A DNA stretch of 64,000 nucleotides from Candidatus Babeliales bacterium (GCA_963722075.1 CAVRJM010000001.1:1300690-1364689), one strand, 5' to 3'; shown: positions 28,577-39,637, counted from the stretch's first letter. Numbers and translations: made by a program. The notes: generated by a model from the letters alone, not told the origin.

Positions 28577-30028
28577 ATGAAAGCCTATTTTAAACATCTT
28601 TATTTATCATTTTTATTATTTTCTTGGTTTATTCCGTATGACCTTTTTTCCAATGTAACTGTTTACAATATCCCTAGAGAAAGCAATTTGGTTGATATTT
28701 CTGCAAATGAGAATATTCAAGATACCATAGAACTAGGTGTTAAAAGCTTTATAGAAGGTAAAAGAAATATTGGAAGAATTAGTTATTTAACGCCGCGAGA
28801 AGTTCGAGCCCTATTTTCCAATAAAGTTAAGGAGTTGTATGGTGAAAAAAAGGGTAATGAAATAATTAATAACTATTTTACTGATGATTATTTTGGTAGA
28901 AAAAGAGAAGTCGAAGAAGAAAAATCGCCGTATCAAATAGTTCAAGAAGATCCTTATTTAGCTACGCATATATATAATGCTTTAGGGTCTCCTACAAATA
29001 AACCTGGTAGGGAAGGTACTATGGAAGAGGCGCGAAAAAGATGGGGTATAGAAACTTTGCTTTTAACACCTCAAGAAGTTTTTGAGGCATTACCAGATTA
29101 TGTGACAAATAGATTAAATCTTACATCGGGAACATTTGAAGAATTTAAGGAAAAATACCCAGAAAAGGCAAAAGTAATTTTTTCTAAAGATTTTTTTATC
29201 CCAAGGGATCCTGCAGCGCGTAAATCTTATTTTTTAACGCATTCATTTGGATTTTTTGATCAACAATTAGTTGCTGATATTTACATAACAGCAAAAAGAA
29301 TCATGGGATTAACTAAAAAGGGTGATTACATTATTATTTTTGGTAATACTCCCTATTTTGTAGGAAGAGCATTATCTAAATTAATTTCTTTAGACCCAAG
29401 CAATGAAAATTATCGAGAAATTATTGAATTCCCGTTTTCAGGTTCGCCTAATAGAGTGAGGCCTTTGAGTTTTCCCACTTATAAAGATATTGTAACTTCA
29501 GAGCGATTGAAATATTTACAAACTAGATTGAAGAAAGTTGGTTTATCACCAGAAAATAAAAATTTGCAAAAACATGGAATTTATTTTCTTGATGTAATTG
29601 CAACTGGAAGTGGTGTTGCATATACGATTGAAGAAATATTACGATCATTTATTGCTGCAGATCAGCAAATTCCAAATATTAATATTATATCATTAAATCA
29701 AATTGATATACATAAGGAAGAAGACCAAAGAAATGCTCAAATAGCTGAAACAGACGCATCTGATGGGGATGAACTTACGTTATTTTTTCCTAGTAAATTT
29801 AACCCTCATTTTGCAGTGGATGCATTCGTTATTTATTTGCCGCGTCATGGAATGTTAGATATTTTGCCATCAACTGAATGGCGTATTTTCCCTGAATATA
29901 ATGCTGCTTTTTGGGTTCCTGAGTATGATTACTTATTACATTGGCCGCAAACTGAAGTTGCTCATATATTACTTCAATTTTTTGATGCGAACCTTGAACA
30001 TATTATGAAACAGGATACTGGCAAGTAA
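28577..30028 (+). CDS. Secreted hypothetical protein with PRTase-like motif
   Basis: GAGG RBS, signal peptide; IYFLDVIATGSGV resembles a PRPP-binding loop. Confidence 0.6.
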   Translation: MKAYFKHLYLSFLLFSWFIPYDLFSNVTVYNIPRESNLVDISANENIQDTIELGVKSFIEGKRNIGRISYLTPREVRALFSNKVKELYGEKKGNEIINNYFTDDYFGRKREVEEEKSPYQIVQEDPYLATHIYNALGSPTNKPGREGTMEEARKRWGIETLLLTPQEVFEALPDYVTNRLNLTSGTFEEFKEKYPEKAKVIFSKDFFIPRDPAARKSYFLTHSFGFFDQQLVADIYITAKRIMGLTKKGDYIIIFGNTPYFVGRALSKLISLDPSNENYREIIEFPFSGSPNRVRPLSFPTYKDIVTSERLKYLQTRLKKVGLSPENKNLQKHGIYFLDVIATGSGVAYTIEEILRSFIAADQQIPNINIISLNQIDIHKEEDQRNAQIAETDASDGDELTLFFPSKFNPHFAVDAFVIYLPRHGMLDILPSTEWRIFPEYNAAFWVPEYDYLLHWPQTEVAHILLQFFDANLEHIMKQDTGK

Positions 30029-30142
30029 TATGAGGTATCTTATTATTATTTTTGCTTTAAGTTATAATGAATACTGTCATCATAGAAAATTGCAAGGCAG
30101 TAACAGTTGAAGTGCCAAAAATTTAAAGGTTTATTTACTTAA

Positions 30143-30214
30143 TGGATTGCTTCGTAAACTCGCAATGACGTCTAGTGGGTTGTCATTAGGAGCCGGCGGG
30201 AGTAGTGATCCAGT
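30143..30214. repeat. Family-A repeat doublet, GTC ends facing
   Basis: TGGATTGCTTCGTAAACTCGCAATGACG, 10-bp spacer, degenerate TGTCATTAGGAG..GTGATCCAGT. Confidence 0.85.
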
Positions 30215-30240
30215 AATTAAAGAGAAATATAATTATTCCA

Positions 30241-31014
30241 ATGTATCCAAAATTACTACATATTTACGGTCCTTTTTTTGTACAAAGCTATGGTGTATGT
30301 ATAGCGTTAGGGTTAGTGCTTTATACCTGGTTACTGTTCAAGGATCCCATTCGTAAGAAACTCGTAACTGATGATCAGTTTCACACCCTGCTATTAGCAG
30401 GGGTGTTGAGCGCATTGTTGGGCGGTAGAATACTCTATTTTCTTACCGAAGAACCACTGGGATCGTTAAGAGAGTTTTTTGAAGTATGGACCGGAGGCTT
30501 TGCCGTATTAGGTTCGGTGTTGGGGGTATTGGTGGTACTTTCATATTTGTTAAAAAGCTATAAATTACCGGTGCTTCTATCTCTTGACCGGGCTGCGTTA
30601 TATGGGCCATTATTGCAAGGAATTTCGCGCATTGGCTGTTTTTTAGCCGGGTGCTGTTATGGGAAGATAACGAACGTAAGCTGGGCTATTACCTATACTG
30701 ATCGTGACTGCTTGGCTCCTTTGCACGTTGGCCTACACCCGACGCAATTATATAGTGCATGTTCCTTATTTCTTATTTTTTTCCTATTAATCTATGCGCA
30801 GCGTGTATTAAAAAAAGATGGCCAATTATTCCTATTATATTTAAGCTGTATGAGCTTTGAACGGTTTTTTAATGATTTTTTACGTGCCGACCGTTCTTTT
30901 TTTGGTAATTTTATCTATTCTAATCATCAACTTATAGCATTAGCAATTGGTATCATTTCTATAACCTGCTTGGTATTTCGTTCAAGGAAAGCCGTTGGTG
31001 CCCACGGATTATGA
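30241..31014 (+). CDS. lgt: Prolipoprotein diacylglyceryl transferase
   Basis: MYPKL..GP..VQSYG, LGGRILY, RIGCFLAGCCYG, HPTQLY, ERFFNDFLRAD. Confidence 0.95.
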   Translation: MYPKLLHIYGPFFVQSYGVCIALGLVLYTWLLFKDPIRKKLVTDDQFHTLLLAGVLSALLGGRILYFLTEEPLGSLREFFEVWTGGFAVLGSVLGVLVVLSYLLKSYKLPVLLSLDRAALYGPLLQGISRIGCFLAGCCYGKITNVSWAITYTDRDCLAPLHVGLHPTQLYSACSLFLIFFLLIYAQRVLKKDGQLFLLYLSCMSFERFFNDFLRADRSFFGNFIYSNHQLIALAIGIISITCLVFRSRKAVGAHGL

Positions 31015-32783
31015 ACACAAATATTTTTAATTATATTAAAAATAGAATTGCGATTCTTGAGATTGTTAATAATTATACGACGGTAAAAAAAACGGGCCAA
31101 TATTGGAAGGGTGCCTGCCCATTTCATAGTGAAAAGACGCCTTCATTTACGGTAAGCCCTGATAAAAATATCTTTTATTGTTTTGGTTGCCACAGTGGTG
31201 GAGACGTTATTACCTTTATTGCCAAAGTTGAAAATATTACTCCTTTACAAGCAGTACATCATTTAGCCGAGCAATATTCTATTGATATACCACAGCAATT
31301 AGATGCTTATAAAGATCAAACCAACCTAGAACAAAAAAAACATTATTGGCATGTATGCCAGCTGGTGGCTCAATGGTGCCATGAAAATCTGCTTAAATCG
31401 ACCCCAGCCATGCACTATCTTAAAGAGCGGGGATTAAGCAAGGATTCATTATCGTTATTCATGCTGGGGTACTTCCCCAAAGGAATGCGGGAGCTTAAAG
31501 GACTTTTGGAATTTATTAAACCATACCATTATCTTGCACAAGATCTTATAGAAGCGGGTATCTTGAGTGAAGGCAAAACGCAGCTCTATTCTCCTTTTGA
31601 GGATCGCATCATGTTTCCCATCAAGGATTATCTAGGAAGATTTTGTGGTTTTGGGGCGCGAATTTTTAATGCAACTGATGAGCGCTCGAAATATTATAAT
31701 TCAAAAGAAAATAGCTATTTTTTAAAAGGGTCACTTATTTTTGGCTTTGATTCAGCAAAACAAGCTATTCAAAAGGCTGATGCGGCTTTTTTGGTTGAAG
31801 GCTACATGGATTGCATTGCTATGGTGCAGCATGGATTTACTAATACGGTGGCAACCCTGGGTACAGCCTGTACGCTTGAGCATTTAAAACTTATGGCGCG
31901 GTACACCTCAACGGTCTACGTGGTCTATGATAGTGATTTGGCAGGGCAAAATGCCATTTTACGGTTGGTTGAATTGTGTTGGCAGGTGAATCTGGAATTA
32001 AAGGTGATACAATTGCCGCGGCATGAAGATCCTGCTTCTTATTTACAAAAGAACCTGGATTTTACTCAATTACTGAAGGATGCGCAGAATATTTTTACCT
32101 ATTATATTCAGCACATGGGTGCAGATTTTGAAGGAAAACCACTTAATGAAAAGGTACGCCTAACCCGGCATTTATTAAAGATAATTCTTCAGGTTGCTGA
32201 GCCGCTCAAACAGGATTTCTTATTGCAAATGGCCGCTAAATCCTACCAAATACCCTTTGATACCCTGAAAAAAGAGCTTCTAAAGAGCGGTGAACGGGCG
32301 TCAGATAAGCCCGAAACAGCCGCAACAAGCTCAGTGGCTACGGCTTTGCCGGAATCTTTATCCTTGAAAACAAATTCAGAATTGGAAAAAAAATTATTTT
32401 CTGTTATAATAAATAACGTGGGGATCCTTCAGGAAGAGGATTGGCATTTTATTGATTACTTTAATGGCCCATTGCAGGATATTTTAAAGAATATAAAACT
32501 TATAAAAAGTGAAAATCCGTCCCATGACTTTATCAATTTTTTTGAATTGCTGAGTTCGGAGCAAAAAAGTGTGGTGAGTAAATTATTAGTAGAATTTCAA
32601 GAATATACTCATGAAAAGAACTTTGCACACCTATTTACGCAATTTCAAAAACAACACTGGAAATCATTGATGGCGGTTTTTAAAATAAAGCTTGCTAAGG
32701 CTGAGCAAGAAGGAAATAAAAATTTAACACAAAAACTGCTGCACGATCTGCAAAAAGTTAAAAATAAATTTAAAAATATCTAA
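31011..32783 (+). CDS. dnaG: DNA primase
   Basis: CPFHSEKTPSF, YCFGC zinc finger, KYYNS, VEGYMD and YDSDLAG TOPRIM motifs. Confidence 0.97.
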   Translation: MNTNIFNYIKNRIAILEIVNNYTTVKKTGQYWKGACPFHSEKTPSFTVSPDKNIFYCFGCHSGGDVITFIAKVENITPLQAVHHLAEQYSIDIPQQLDAYKDQTNLEQKKHYWHVCQLVAQWCHENLLKSTPAMHYLKERGLSKDSLSLFMLGYFPKGMRELKGLLEFIKPYHYLAQDLIEAGILSEGKTQLYSPFEDRIMFPIKDYLGRFCGFGARIFNATDERSKYYNSKENSYFLKGSLIFGFDSAKQAIQKADAAFLVEGYMDCIAMVQHGFTNTVATLGTACTLEHLKLMARYTSTVYVVYDSDLAGQNAILRLVELCWQVNLELKVIQLPRHEDPASYLQKNLDFTQLLKDAQNIFTYYIQHMGADFEGKPLNEKVRLTRHLLKIILQVAEPLKQDFLLQMAAKSYQIPFDTLKKELLKSGERASDKPETAATSSVATALPESLSLKTNSELEKKLFSVIINNVGILQEEDWHFIDYFNGPLQDILKNIKLIKSENPSHDFINFFELLSSEQKSVVSKLLVEFQEYTHEKNFAHLFTQFQKQHWKSLMAVFKIKLAKAEQEGNKNLTQKLLHDLQKVKNKFKNI

Positions 32784-32792
32784 AGGAATAGA

Positions 32793-34780
32793 ATGATTAA
32801 AAAAGTAATAAAGAAAAATGAAAGTCACGGTGCTAAAGGTCCTAAAAAGAGTAAAAATCTGATTGAAGAAGAGGCACCTAAAAAAGGTCAAAAAGCGGTA
32901 TTAAAAGAAGTTCCGGGTGATGAAGAATCATTTGATCCTACCGCACGCTTAGAAATTAAAAAAGGATTGATTGAGCCTTTATTAGTTAAAGGGAAAAAGC
33001 TTGGTTATTTAACGTATGAAGAAATTATGGAATTTAGCCATAAGCATCACTTATCTGACCAAGATACCAATTCAATCATGCGTCTTTTTGATAAAGAAAA
33101 CATTGATTTATTAATGCAAGAAGAGCTGGATACTAATTCACCTGATATACATGATTATGAAAAAGATGATGAGCCGCTTAAAAGCAAAAATTTAAAAGAA
33201 AAATTTGAAAATTCATTAGATATTGATTCTGATGAAGATTTGATTGAGGATGAAGAAGATACAGAAGCGGAAGATGAAGAGCGCCTTGCCGCTATTAAAG
33301 AAGCGGTATCTTCAACGCAAATAGCCGATGGGGTAAAATGCTACTTACGTGATATCGGTAAAATTCCTCTCTTAAATAAGAAAACTGAAACGGTTATTGC
33401 TGAGCAGATCGCTAGTGGTAAAAAAGGATCTATTGAAGCAATTTCAAAATTTCCTTTTATTCATAAAGAATTCGTTTCTATTGGTGAGCGTTTACAAAAA
33501 GATTCTATTGCACTTAAAGATGTGATTCAATTTTCTGAATTCGATCAAGAAAACTTACCAAAGGTGCAAGAAGAAAAAGATGCCTTACTGGCAACGATAA
33601 AAACAATTGCTGATTTGATTGATAATGAAGAAAAAATATATCGATCATATCGAGGAAAATTGGATACCGATGCTAAAAAGAAAGAGATGCTTGATAAGGT
33701 TAAGCAAAATAAAGAAAAAATTGCACAGACTATTCAATCAATTAAGGTCGCCAATAAACTTATTCGTAAATTAGGTAACCGTATCGAAAAAGCGGTAACT
33801 AAAATTAACGAAAAGAATCATGACATTGATCTGAGCAAAGAGAAAGTTAGTCTCTTACAGCGAAAAAAAGCAGCGCCAGAAATTCAAGCAGAGATAGAAG
33901 AACTTGAGCGTTCAATTCGTTCCTCTCAAAAGATTATTAAAAAATATGAAGGAGAGATGGGATTAAACCAAGATCTTGTTATTAAATATTATACGCAGCT
34001 TAAAATAAGTCAGGTAAAAGATAAACGTGCTAAAGATGATCTTGCTAAAGCAAACTTACGCTTAGTGGTAAATATTGCAAAAAAATATATAAACCGCGGA
34101 CTCCATTTCCTTGATCTTATTCAAGAAGGTAATATTGGTTTAATGAAAGCGGTGGAAAAATTTGAGTTTGAACGAGGCTATAAGTTTTCTACATATGCCA
34201 CTTGGTGGATTCGTCAAGCAATTACCCGTGCTATAGCAGATCAATCACGTACGATTCGTGTTCCAGTCCATATGGTGGAAACCTTAAATAAGATTAACAA
34301 AATTAAAAGAATCTTTGTGCAAGAGCATGGCCGTGAACCAACGCATGCCGAGCTTGCTAAAGAATTAAATATTGATGAAAAGAAAATCAAAAATATTATT
34401 AAGATCTCTAAAGAGCCTATTTCACTTGAAACCCCAGTAGGTGATAGTGAAGATGCCTTTATTAAAGACTTTATTGAAAACGAAGATGAATTTTCACCCG
34501 CTGATACCGTAGCAGTAATGATCTTAAAGAACGTGTGCGAGAAGTGCTTAAAACATTAACACCGCGTGAAGAGAAGGTACTTAAAATGCGTTTTGGTATT
34601 GACGTAGCGTCAGAGCATACACTTGAAGAAGTGGGTAAAGATTTCTCAGTAACGCGAGAACGTATTCGTCAAATTGAAGTTAAAGCATTACGTAAATTAC
34701 GTCATCCATCACGAAGCAAAAAATTAGAATCGTTTTTTGATAAAGAATTTGATAGCATTTCAAATGATTCTATTGAATGA
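32793..34780 (+). CDS. rpoD: Primary sigma factor RpoD, split by a 1-bp deletion near 34514
   Basis: [42 protein letters not shown]; region 4 ([29 protein letters not shown]) continues in another frame; adding one base at GTAGCAGT restores [17 protein letters not shown]. Confidence 0.95.
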
Positions 34781-34812
34781 CGCATTTATTGAAAAAAAGG
34801 TAAAAAAGAACA

Positions 34813-36120
34813 ATGGAACCTGATCATTTTTGGGGATTATTATATAGTGAAATTGCTGGGTTTATTATTGCAATAATAAGTTGCGCTTTATTCTCTTTTT
34901 TAGAAACAACCGTAACGGCGTTGCGGCTTTTTAAATTAAAAGAATTAGCTACTTCTGCCAAACGATACAAAACCTTATTAGAGACGCTCGAAAATAATCC
35001 TCATCAGGTTTTGATTACTATCTTAATTGCTAATAGTTTAGCAAATGTTACCGCGGCAGCTTTAATTACCACTATTACTGAGCAGATTTTTTCGCGTTTA
35101 CATCTTTCTTCTGGGTTAGGATTTTCGGTGGGTATTGGATTTGGCACCTTTGCAATATTACTGTTTGGCGAAGTTATTCCTAAAAACTTTGCAAAGCTGC
35201 ATGGTGAAAAGCTATTTAAATCGGCCTTATGGATTACTAATATTACTTTTTACATACTGTATCCATTTGTAAAATTCTTAATTGCACTTTCAGATTTTTT
35301 TGTATCATATGTAGGTGGCAGAGCCGAATCAACCGAGCTTGTTACTTCTGAGCGTGAGATTCGATTTTTGATTGATTATATTAATAAAAAAGGGCTTATC
35401 GAAACAGAAAAAACAGAAATGCTCCAAAGTATCTTTAATTTTGGCAGTAAGCCCGTTAAAGAAATTATGGTTCCTATGATTGATATTATTATGGTCAGTT
35501 CAAAAGAATCATTAAAGGAAGCGCTTACTACCTTTTCTACCTATCAATTTTCTCGTATGCCTGTTTATGAAGATAACCCCGATAACGTTATTGGGTTAAT
35601 TTATCAAAAGGATATTTTTACGCTTCTTTCAAAGGGAGAAGATAAACCGCTCATTGACCTGGTGCGGCCTATTATTTTTGTACCAGAGAATATGAAAATT
35701 AATCAGCTATTACGTCAATTTAAGGTAGAACGTATGCATATGGCTATGGTTATTAATGAATATGGCAACAGTACCGGATTAGTTACCCTTGAAGATATTC
35801 TTGAAGAAATTGTGGGTGAGATTAATGATGAATATGAAGAAATTACTGAAAAAATAGTTTCATTAAAAGAAGGCGGTTGGCTTGTTGATGCTACCGTCGA
35901 TTTAGAGACGCTTAGTAATCTGCTGGGCATTAATTTTGAAGTTGAAGATGCCTTTACCTTAGCAGGTTTTTTAATGGAGCAGATGCAGCATTTGCCTAAA
36001 AAGGATGAACGGATTTTATACCATCACTATTATTTCCACGTACAAAAAGCCAGCCATAAGCGCGTAATTCAGGTATGGATTTATAAAGAGAATAGTGCTG
36101 ATAAGAATGCCATTATATAA
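34813..36120 (+). CDS. CNNM/CorC (hemolysin TlyC-like) membrane protein with CBS pair
   Basis: FGEVIPKNFA, FSRMPVY, MAMVINEYG..GLVTLEDILEEIVGEI.DEYE, TLAGF. Confidence 0.93.
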   Translation: MEPDHFWGLLYSEIAGFIIAIISCALFSFLETTVTALRLFKLKELATSAKRYKTLLETLENNPHQVLITILIANSLANVTAAALITTITEQIFSRLHLSSGLGFSVGIGFGTFAILLFGEVIPKNFAKLHGEKLFKSALWITNITFYILYPFVKFLIALSDFFVSYVGGRAESTELVTSEREIRFLIDYINKKGLIETEKTEMLQSIFNFGSKPVKEIMVPMIDIIMVSSKESLKEALTTFSTYQFSRMPVYEDNPDNVIGLIYQKDIFTLLSKGEDKPLIDLVRPIIFVPENMKINQLLRQFKVERMHMAMVINEYGNSTGLVTLEDILEEIVGEINDEYEEITEKIVSLKEGGWLVDATVDLETLSNLLGINFEVEDAFTLAGFLMEQMQHLPKKDERILYHHYYFHVQKASHKRVIQVWIYKENSADKNAII

Positions 36121-36132
36121 TAAGATCGTATT

Positions 36133-36410
36133 ATGAAAAATGTGTCTGTTGGGATAAGCGATTTTAAGAAACTTATCACTGGAAATTATTATTATGTCGA
36201 TAAGACACTGTTAATTAGAGAGCTATTTGAAAGCCCTGGAATAGTACAATTAATTCCCCGTCCGCGTCGGTTTGGCAAGACGCTTAACCTTTCCATGTTA
36301 AAATATTTTTTTGAAAAAACCGAAATTGATAATAGTGGCCTTTTTACGAACACCAAGATTTGGCATGATGAGCAATATAGAAAACTGCAAGGAAAATATT
36401 CGGTAATCCT
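36133..36410 (+). pseudogene. N-terminal fragment of AAA-ATPase-like (PD-(D/E)XK nuclease-associated) protein
   Basis: VGISDFKK..YYYVDKT..RPRRFGKTLNLSMLKYFF..GKY; similarity stops after about 92 aa and the ORF runs on into the convergent gene. Confidence 0.8.
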
Positions 36411-36494
36411 TTATTGGCCGCTGTTAAATAAACTTCTTTTGCATAGTCTTGTGATTGGAAATAATTTTGTTGTTTTGCTTCTGGAAAATATTTT

Positions 36495-36794
36495 TTATAG
36501 AAATCTATGTAGAGGTCCAATCCTTTTTGGAGCAAATTTATAAATATGGGGTTTGTCAGTTTTTGGTAGTTTGCTTAAAACTTCTGCATAATGGGCATTT
36601 ACTAATGCAATTTGCCGAATACAATCATGTGCTTCAACCGCTTTTTTAAATTCTTCTTGATACAGTTCTTCATTATTTTTAAGTTCTCGTCTCAGTGCAA
36701 AATGTTCTTCCATAGGATTGCTGCTGGTAATAGGCGTGGATGTGGATTCACAGTCTTGCATGCAATAAGGAGATACAGAAAATAAGATACTCAT
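36495..36794 (-). CDS. Hypothetical protein
   Basis: 99-aa ORF co-oriented with the upstream cluster; no recognised motif. Confidence 0.45.
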   Translation of the reverse strand: MSILFSVSPYCMQDCESTSTPITSSNPMEEHFALRRELKNNEELYQEEFKKAVEAHDCIRQIALVNAHYAEVLSKLPKTDKPHIYKFAPKRIGPLHRFL

Positions 36795-36871
36795 TAGTTA
36801 TAAAGGAAAAAGGCGTTATTTACAATGCTTTATGTAAAAGTTTGCTGTTTTTTTAAAGAATAAATTTGTAT

Positions 36872-39622
36872 TTATAGAATATTTTGTAACCAAGAATAAT
36901 GTGGTTGCTTTTTTAATTTATCCAATTCTTGTTGATGTTCTAGAGATAATTGAGCGCCATATTTTTTTAATATTCTAATAACTTTTCTAACTTGCCTTCG
37001 TTCCAAGTAAAATTCCATATCCCATCCTTCGTGCATATATTGAATTAGCTCTCGATATTTATTAAGTAATAGTTCTGATTGCAAATTTGAAGAAATGCCA
37101 TATGAACACAATAATTTAATCTTTTTTAAACCATCAGCATCATCGCCAAACGTAAATACTCTTTTTACAAATTCTTCGTCTTGATTATAGCCGGCATCTA
37201 AAAATAATTTAAAAATTTCTTCTTGAGTGTATGATGATAAATTTAGATTAAAATTATCCGCTGATGGCTTGAAATTAAGCACTTCTTTTAAAAAAAGATT
37301 AATTTTTGATAAAGCAGCTTGCGGATTATGATCATGTTTGCTCCATGAAGCCTCAAGCAAAAGTCTATCTATAATTCTATAAGATTGAGCACCCATATTC
37401 AGTAATTCTATAAATTCAGATAGTTTGTTTTTGTAAAGTGTGTATTCCAATAGATTATATGCAGTCACGGATCCAGGGATATTAGAATTAACGGATTTAG
37501 AAAGCTCATCCGCGATTGTTGTGTTTAAATAATCGCTATTTTCTGCGTTATAGTTAAAAATTCTTTTCAGGGATTCTTTTTGTTCTTGATGGGATATTTG
37601 TAACTGCGAATGCCGTTTTAACGGTAATAAGTTTTTAAAAATAAGAGCATCAATTAAGTGATTTTCTCCATATTTAAACCTACGAAGTAACGATTTAACC
37701 TCGTTAGTATCTAGAATGATGTCCAATTGTTCTTGTTGAGGTAAATAATAAATAAGCCCATCAATGAATATTTTTTCTTCCCCAGAAAGGTCCTGCCTAA
37801 AAATTTTTTTTAGTAAAGGGATATGATTTTTTAAATACTCCTCAAATCGCTTATCTTTTAAATGAATTTTATAACGAATAATTGCCTTAATGACTGACTC
37901 GATAAAATGTTCATCATTAGGAAGACTTTGCATTAAACTGAATGCTAAATCAAAAAAAGCAGGAGAATGCTTATAATAAAATATCTCATTAATAACCAAT
38001 AGTGCTTGATTGGGATCATGTAATGGTTGGCTAATAAAGTAATGATACAAAACTTCGTCAGATGAAGTTTGGCACCGCTCACGTGGATTCAATGCAGTAA
38101 GGCAACTTAAATTTTGTTTTGTTAACGGATTAAGTTCATAATCTTTTGCATTAAGAAAGGTCAAACAATAAGGAGAGCCATATTTTGAATCTTTTTTTCT
38201 TAAATCTTTTATAAACGTATGCCCGGGAACGATAGTTAATAGCAATTTATCAGACTGATTCTTTTCAGTTATGGTAATAGTAATGGTATTATGTTTAGCT
38301 TCAATATCATTAACTGGTTGGAATGTTATTTTCCTGCGATGATCAGAAAGAGCTTCACCTAATTCTTGGAAGGTGGTCACCTTTATATTCAACAAGTAAT
38401 TAAACAGATTGATGACATTAATCGCTGATGAACGAATTTCATAATTACCGCGAACATATTCTATAGTTGGACTATCTGAAACGGTATTCATCCATGCTTG
38501 GCCGGCACCACGTACCAAGGTGCTATCTTTTTGATTATTAACTGAGTCAAAAGAGCAATAATCAATATAAAATTGAATTAATTCTTGACGTGGGCTGATT
38601 GTATCGGGGAGCATTGAAAGGTCAAACGAACTATCCTTATGGTTTACTAATAAACGGTTAAAAATACTCCGCATTGAAGTTTCAAAACAATCCGGTGCTC
38701 TGTTTTGTGAATCGCCATATGCATAAGCACTTTGAATTACTTGAGGAGGATATACATTTGCATATTGTTCTTTAATAGTAGTAATGATTGTTTGCTCATA
38801 ATGATCAGTAGCAAATCCTATAGGATTTGTTTGACTATAATTTTGTTTAAAGTTTTCTAAAAATTCAGCGTATTTTTGTTCTGTTTCATTGGAATAATGG
38901 TCAGCTATTAATTGTTGCGCATTATTTGATTCTTTAAAAACGGGTAGATGGTTATGAAGTGACTCTAAATATTGTACCGGCTCTTCTTTTTTATTGGCTT
39001 TAAGATGTAAAAAGCCTAACAGTGATGATTGCGTACTATGTGGTAATAAGTGCTTTTTATGTTTGCTTTCCTGGGCAGCTTTTTGTATGGTATCAAGAAC
39101 GGCGTTAATTTTAGCTAAACTAGCTCTATCAGCAACTCTATTATGCTCATCTTTCCATTGCTGGGCAATGTTATCTTTCGTTTTATCAAAAGTATTATTC
39201 TGTAAGCTTCCTATAATGGTCCCTACTAGGCGCGGGTTTAATGAGTAACAAGGGTTACTTTTATTTTGAGTTGGCCTAAATTGATCATCGCGCAAGTGGA
39301 ATAATCCTGTTTTTTCATCTGATACCAATTTTGTTAATGCATCTTGCTCGCTGCCATACTGATATAATCGTTTTAACCATCCACTTTCAGCGAGCGCTGC
39401 ACCATGAATAGGGGAAAAAGGCTTTGCTTCATCAGTAAGCCCATTATAAAGATGCTTTAAGTGATCATGATGGAGTGAGCGGGTTCTGGAAAATGAAAAA
39501 GGAGAAAAGGCATTAAATAAATTTGAAATAGTTTTTCGAGAACGGGCAGTGATACGACTCATAGCCCAGGCTGCAGGGCTAGTGGATAGTAATAACACTA
39601 TTAAAAATTTATAAAAAGACAT
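36872..39622 (-). CDS. Large secreted orphan protein with presequence-like mature N-terminus
   Basis: GGAGG RBS; signal peptide AAWA then MSRITARSRK..; central APDCFETSMR; degenerate ankyrin-like C-terminus (LLNMGA, FLDAGY, LCSYGI, LKKYGA). Confidence 0.75.
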   Translation of the reverse strand: MSFYKFLIVLLLSTSPAAWAMSRITARSRKTISNLFNAFSPFSFSRTRSLHHDHLKHLYNGLTDEAKPFSPIHGAALAESGWLKRLYQYGSEQDALTKLVSDEKTGLFHLRDDQFRPTQNKSNPCYSLNPRLVGTIIGSLQNNTFDKTKDNIAQQWKDEHNRVADRASLAKINAVLDTIQKAAQESKHKKHLLPHSTQSSLLGFLHLKANKKEEPVQYLESLHNHLPVFKESNNAQQLIADHYSNETEQKYAEFLENFKQNYSQTNPIGFATDHYEQTIITTIKEQYANVYPPQVIQSAYAYGDSQNRAPDCFETSMRSIFNRLLVNHKDSSFDLSMLPDTISPRQELIQFYIDYCSFDSVNNQKDSTLVRGAGQAWMNTVSDSPTIEYVRGNYEIRSSAINVINLFNYLLNIKVTTFQELGEALSDHRRKITFQPVNDIEAKHNTITITITEKNQSDKLLLTIVPGHTFIKDLRKKDSKYGSPYCLTFLNAKDYELNPLTKQNLSCLTALNPRERCQTSSDEVLYHYFISQPLHDPNQALLVINEIFYYKHSPAFFDLAFSLMQSLPNDEHFIESVIKAIIRYKIHLKDKRFEEYLKNHIPLLKKIFRQDLSGEEKIFIDGLIYYLPQQEQLDIILDTNEVKSLLRRFKYGENHLIDALIFKNLLPLKRHSQLQISHQEQKESLKRIFNYNAENSDYLNTTIADELSKSVNSNIPGSVTAYNLLEYTLYKNKLSEFIELLNMGAQSYRIIDRLLLEASWSKHDHNPQAALSKINLFLKEVLNFKPSADNFNLNLSSYTQEEIFKLFLDAGYNQDEEFVKRVFTFGDDADGLKKIKLLCSYGISSNLQSELLLNKYRELIQYMHEGWDMEFYLERRQVRKVIRILKKYGAQLSLEHQQELDKLKKQPHYSWLQNIL

Positions 39623-39637
39623 ACAACCTCCTAATTT

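Noticed and set aside
30030-30110. Short ORF MRYLIIIFALSY.. after the PRTase-like gene
   Set aside because: Only 26 codons; could be a signal-peptide remnant but cannot be supported
34535-34780. Separate small sigma-region-4 gene or programmed frameshift
   Set aside because: It is the continuation of RpoD; no slippery sequence or stimulatory structure at the shift
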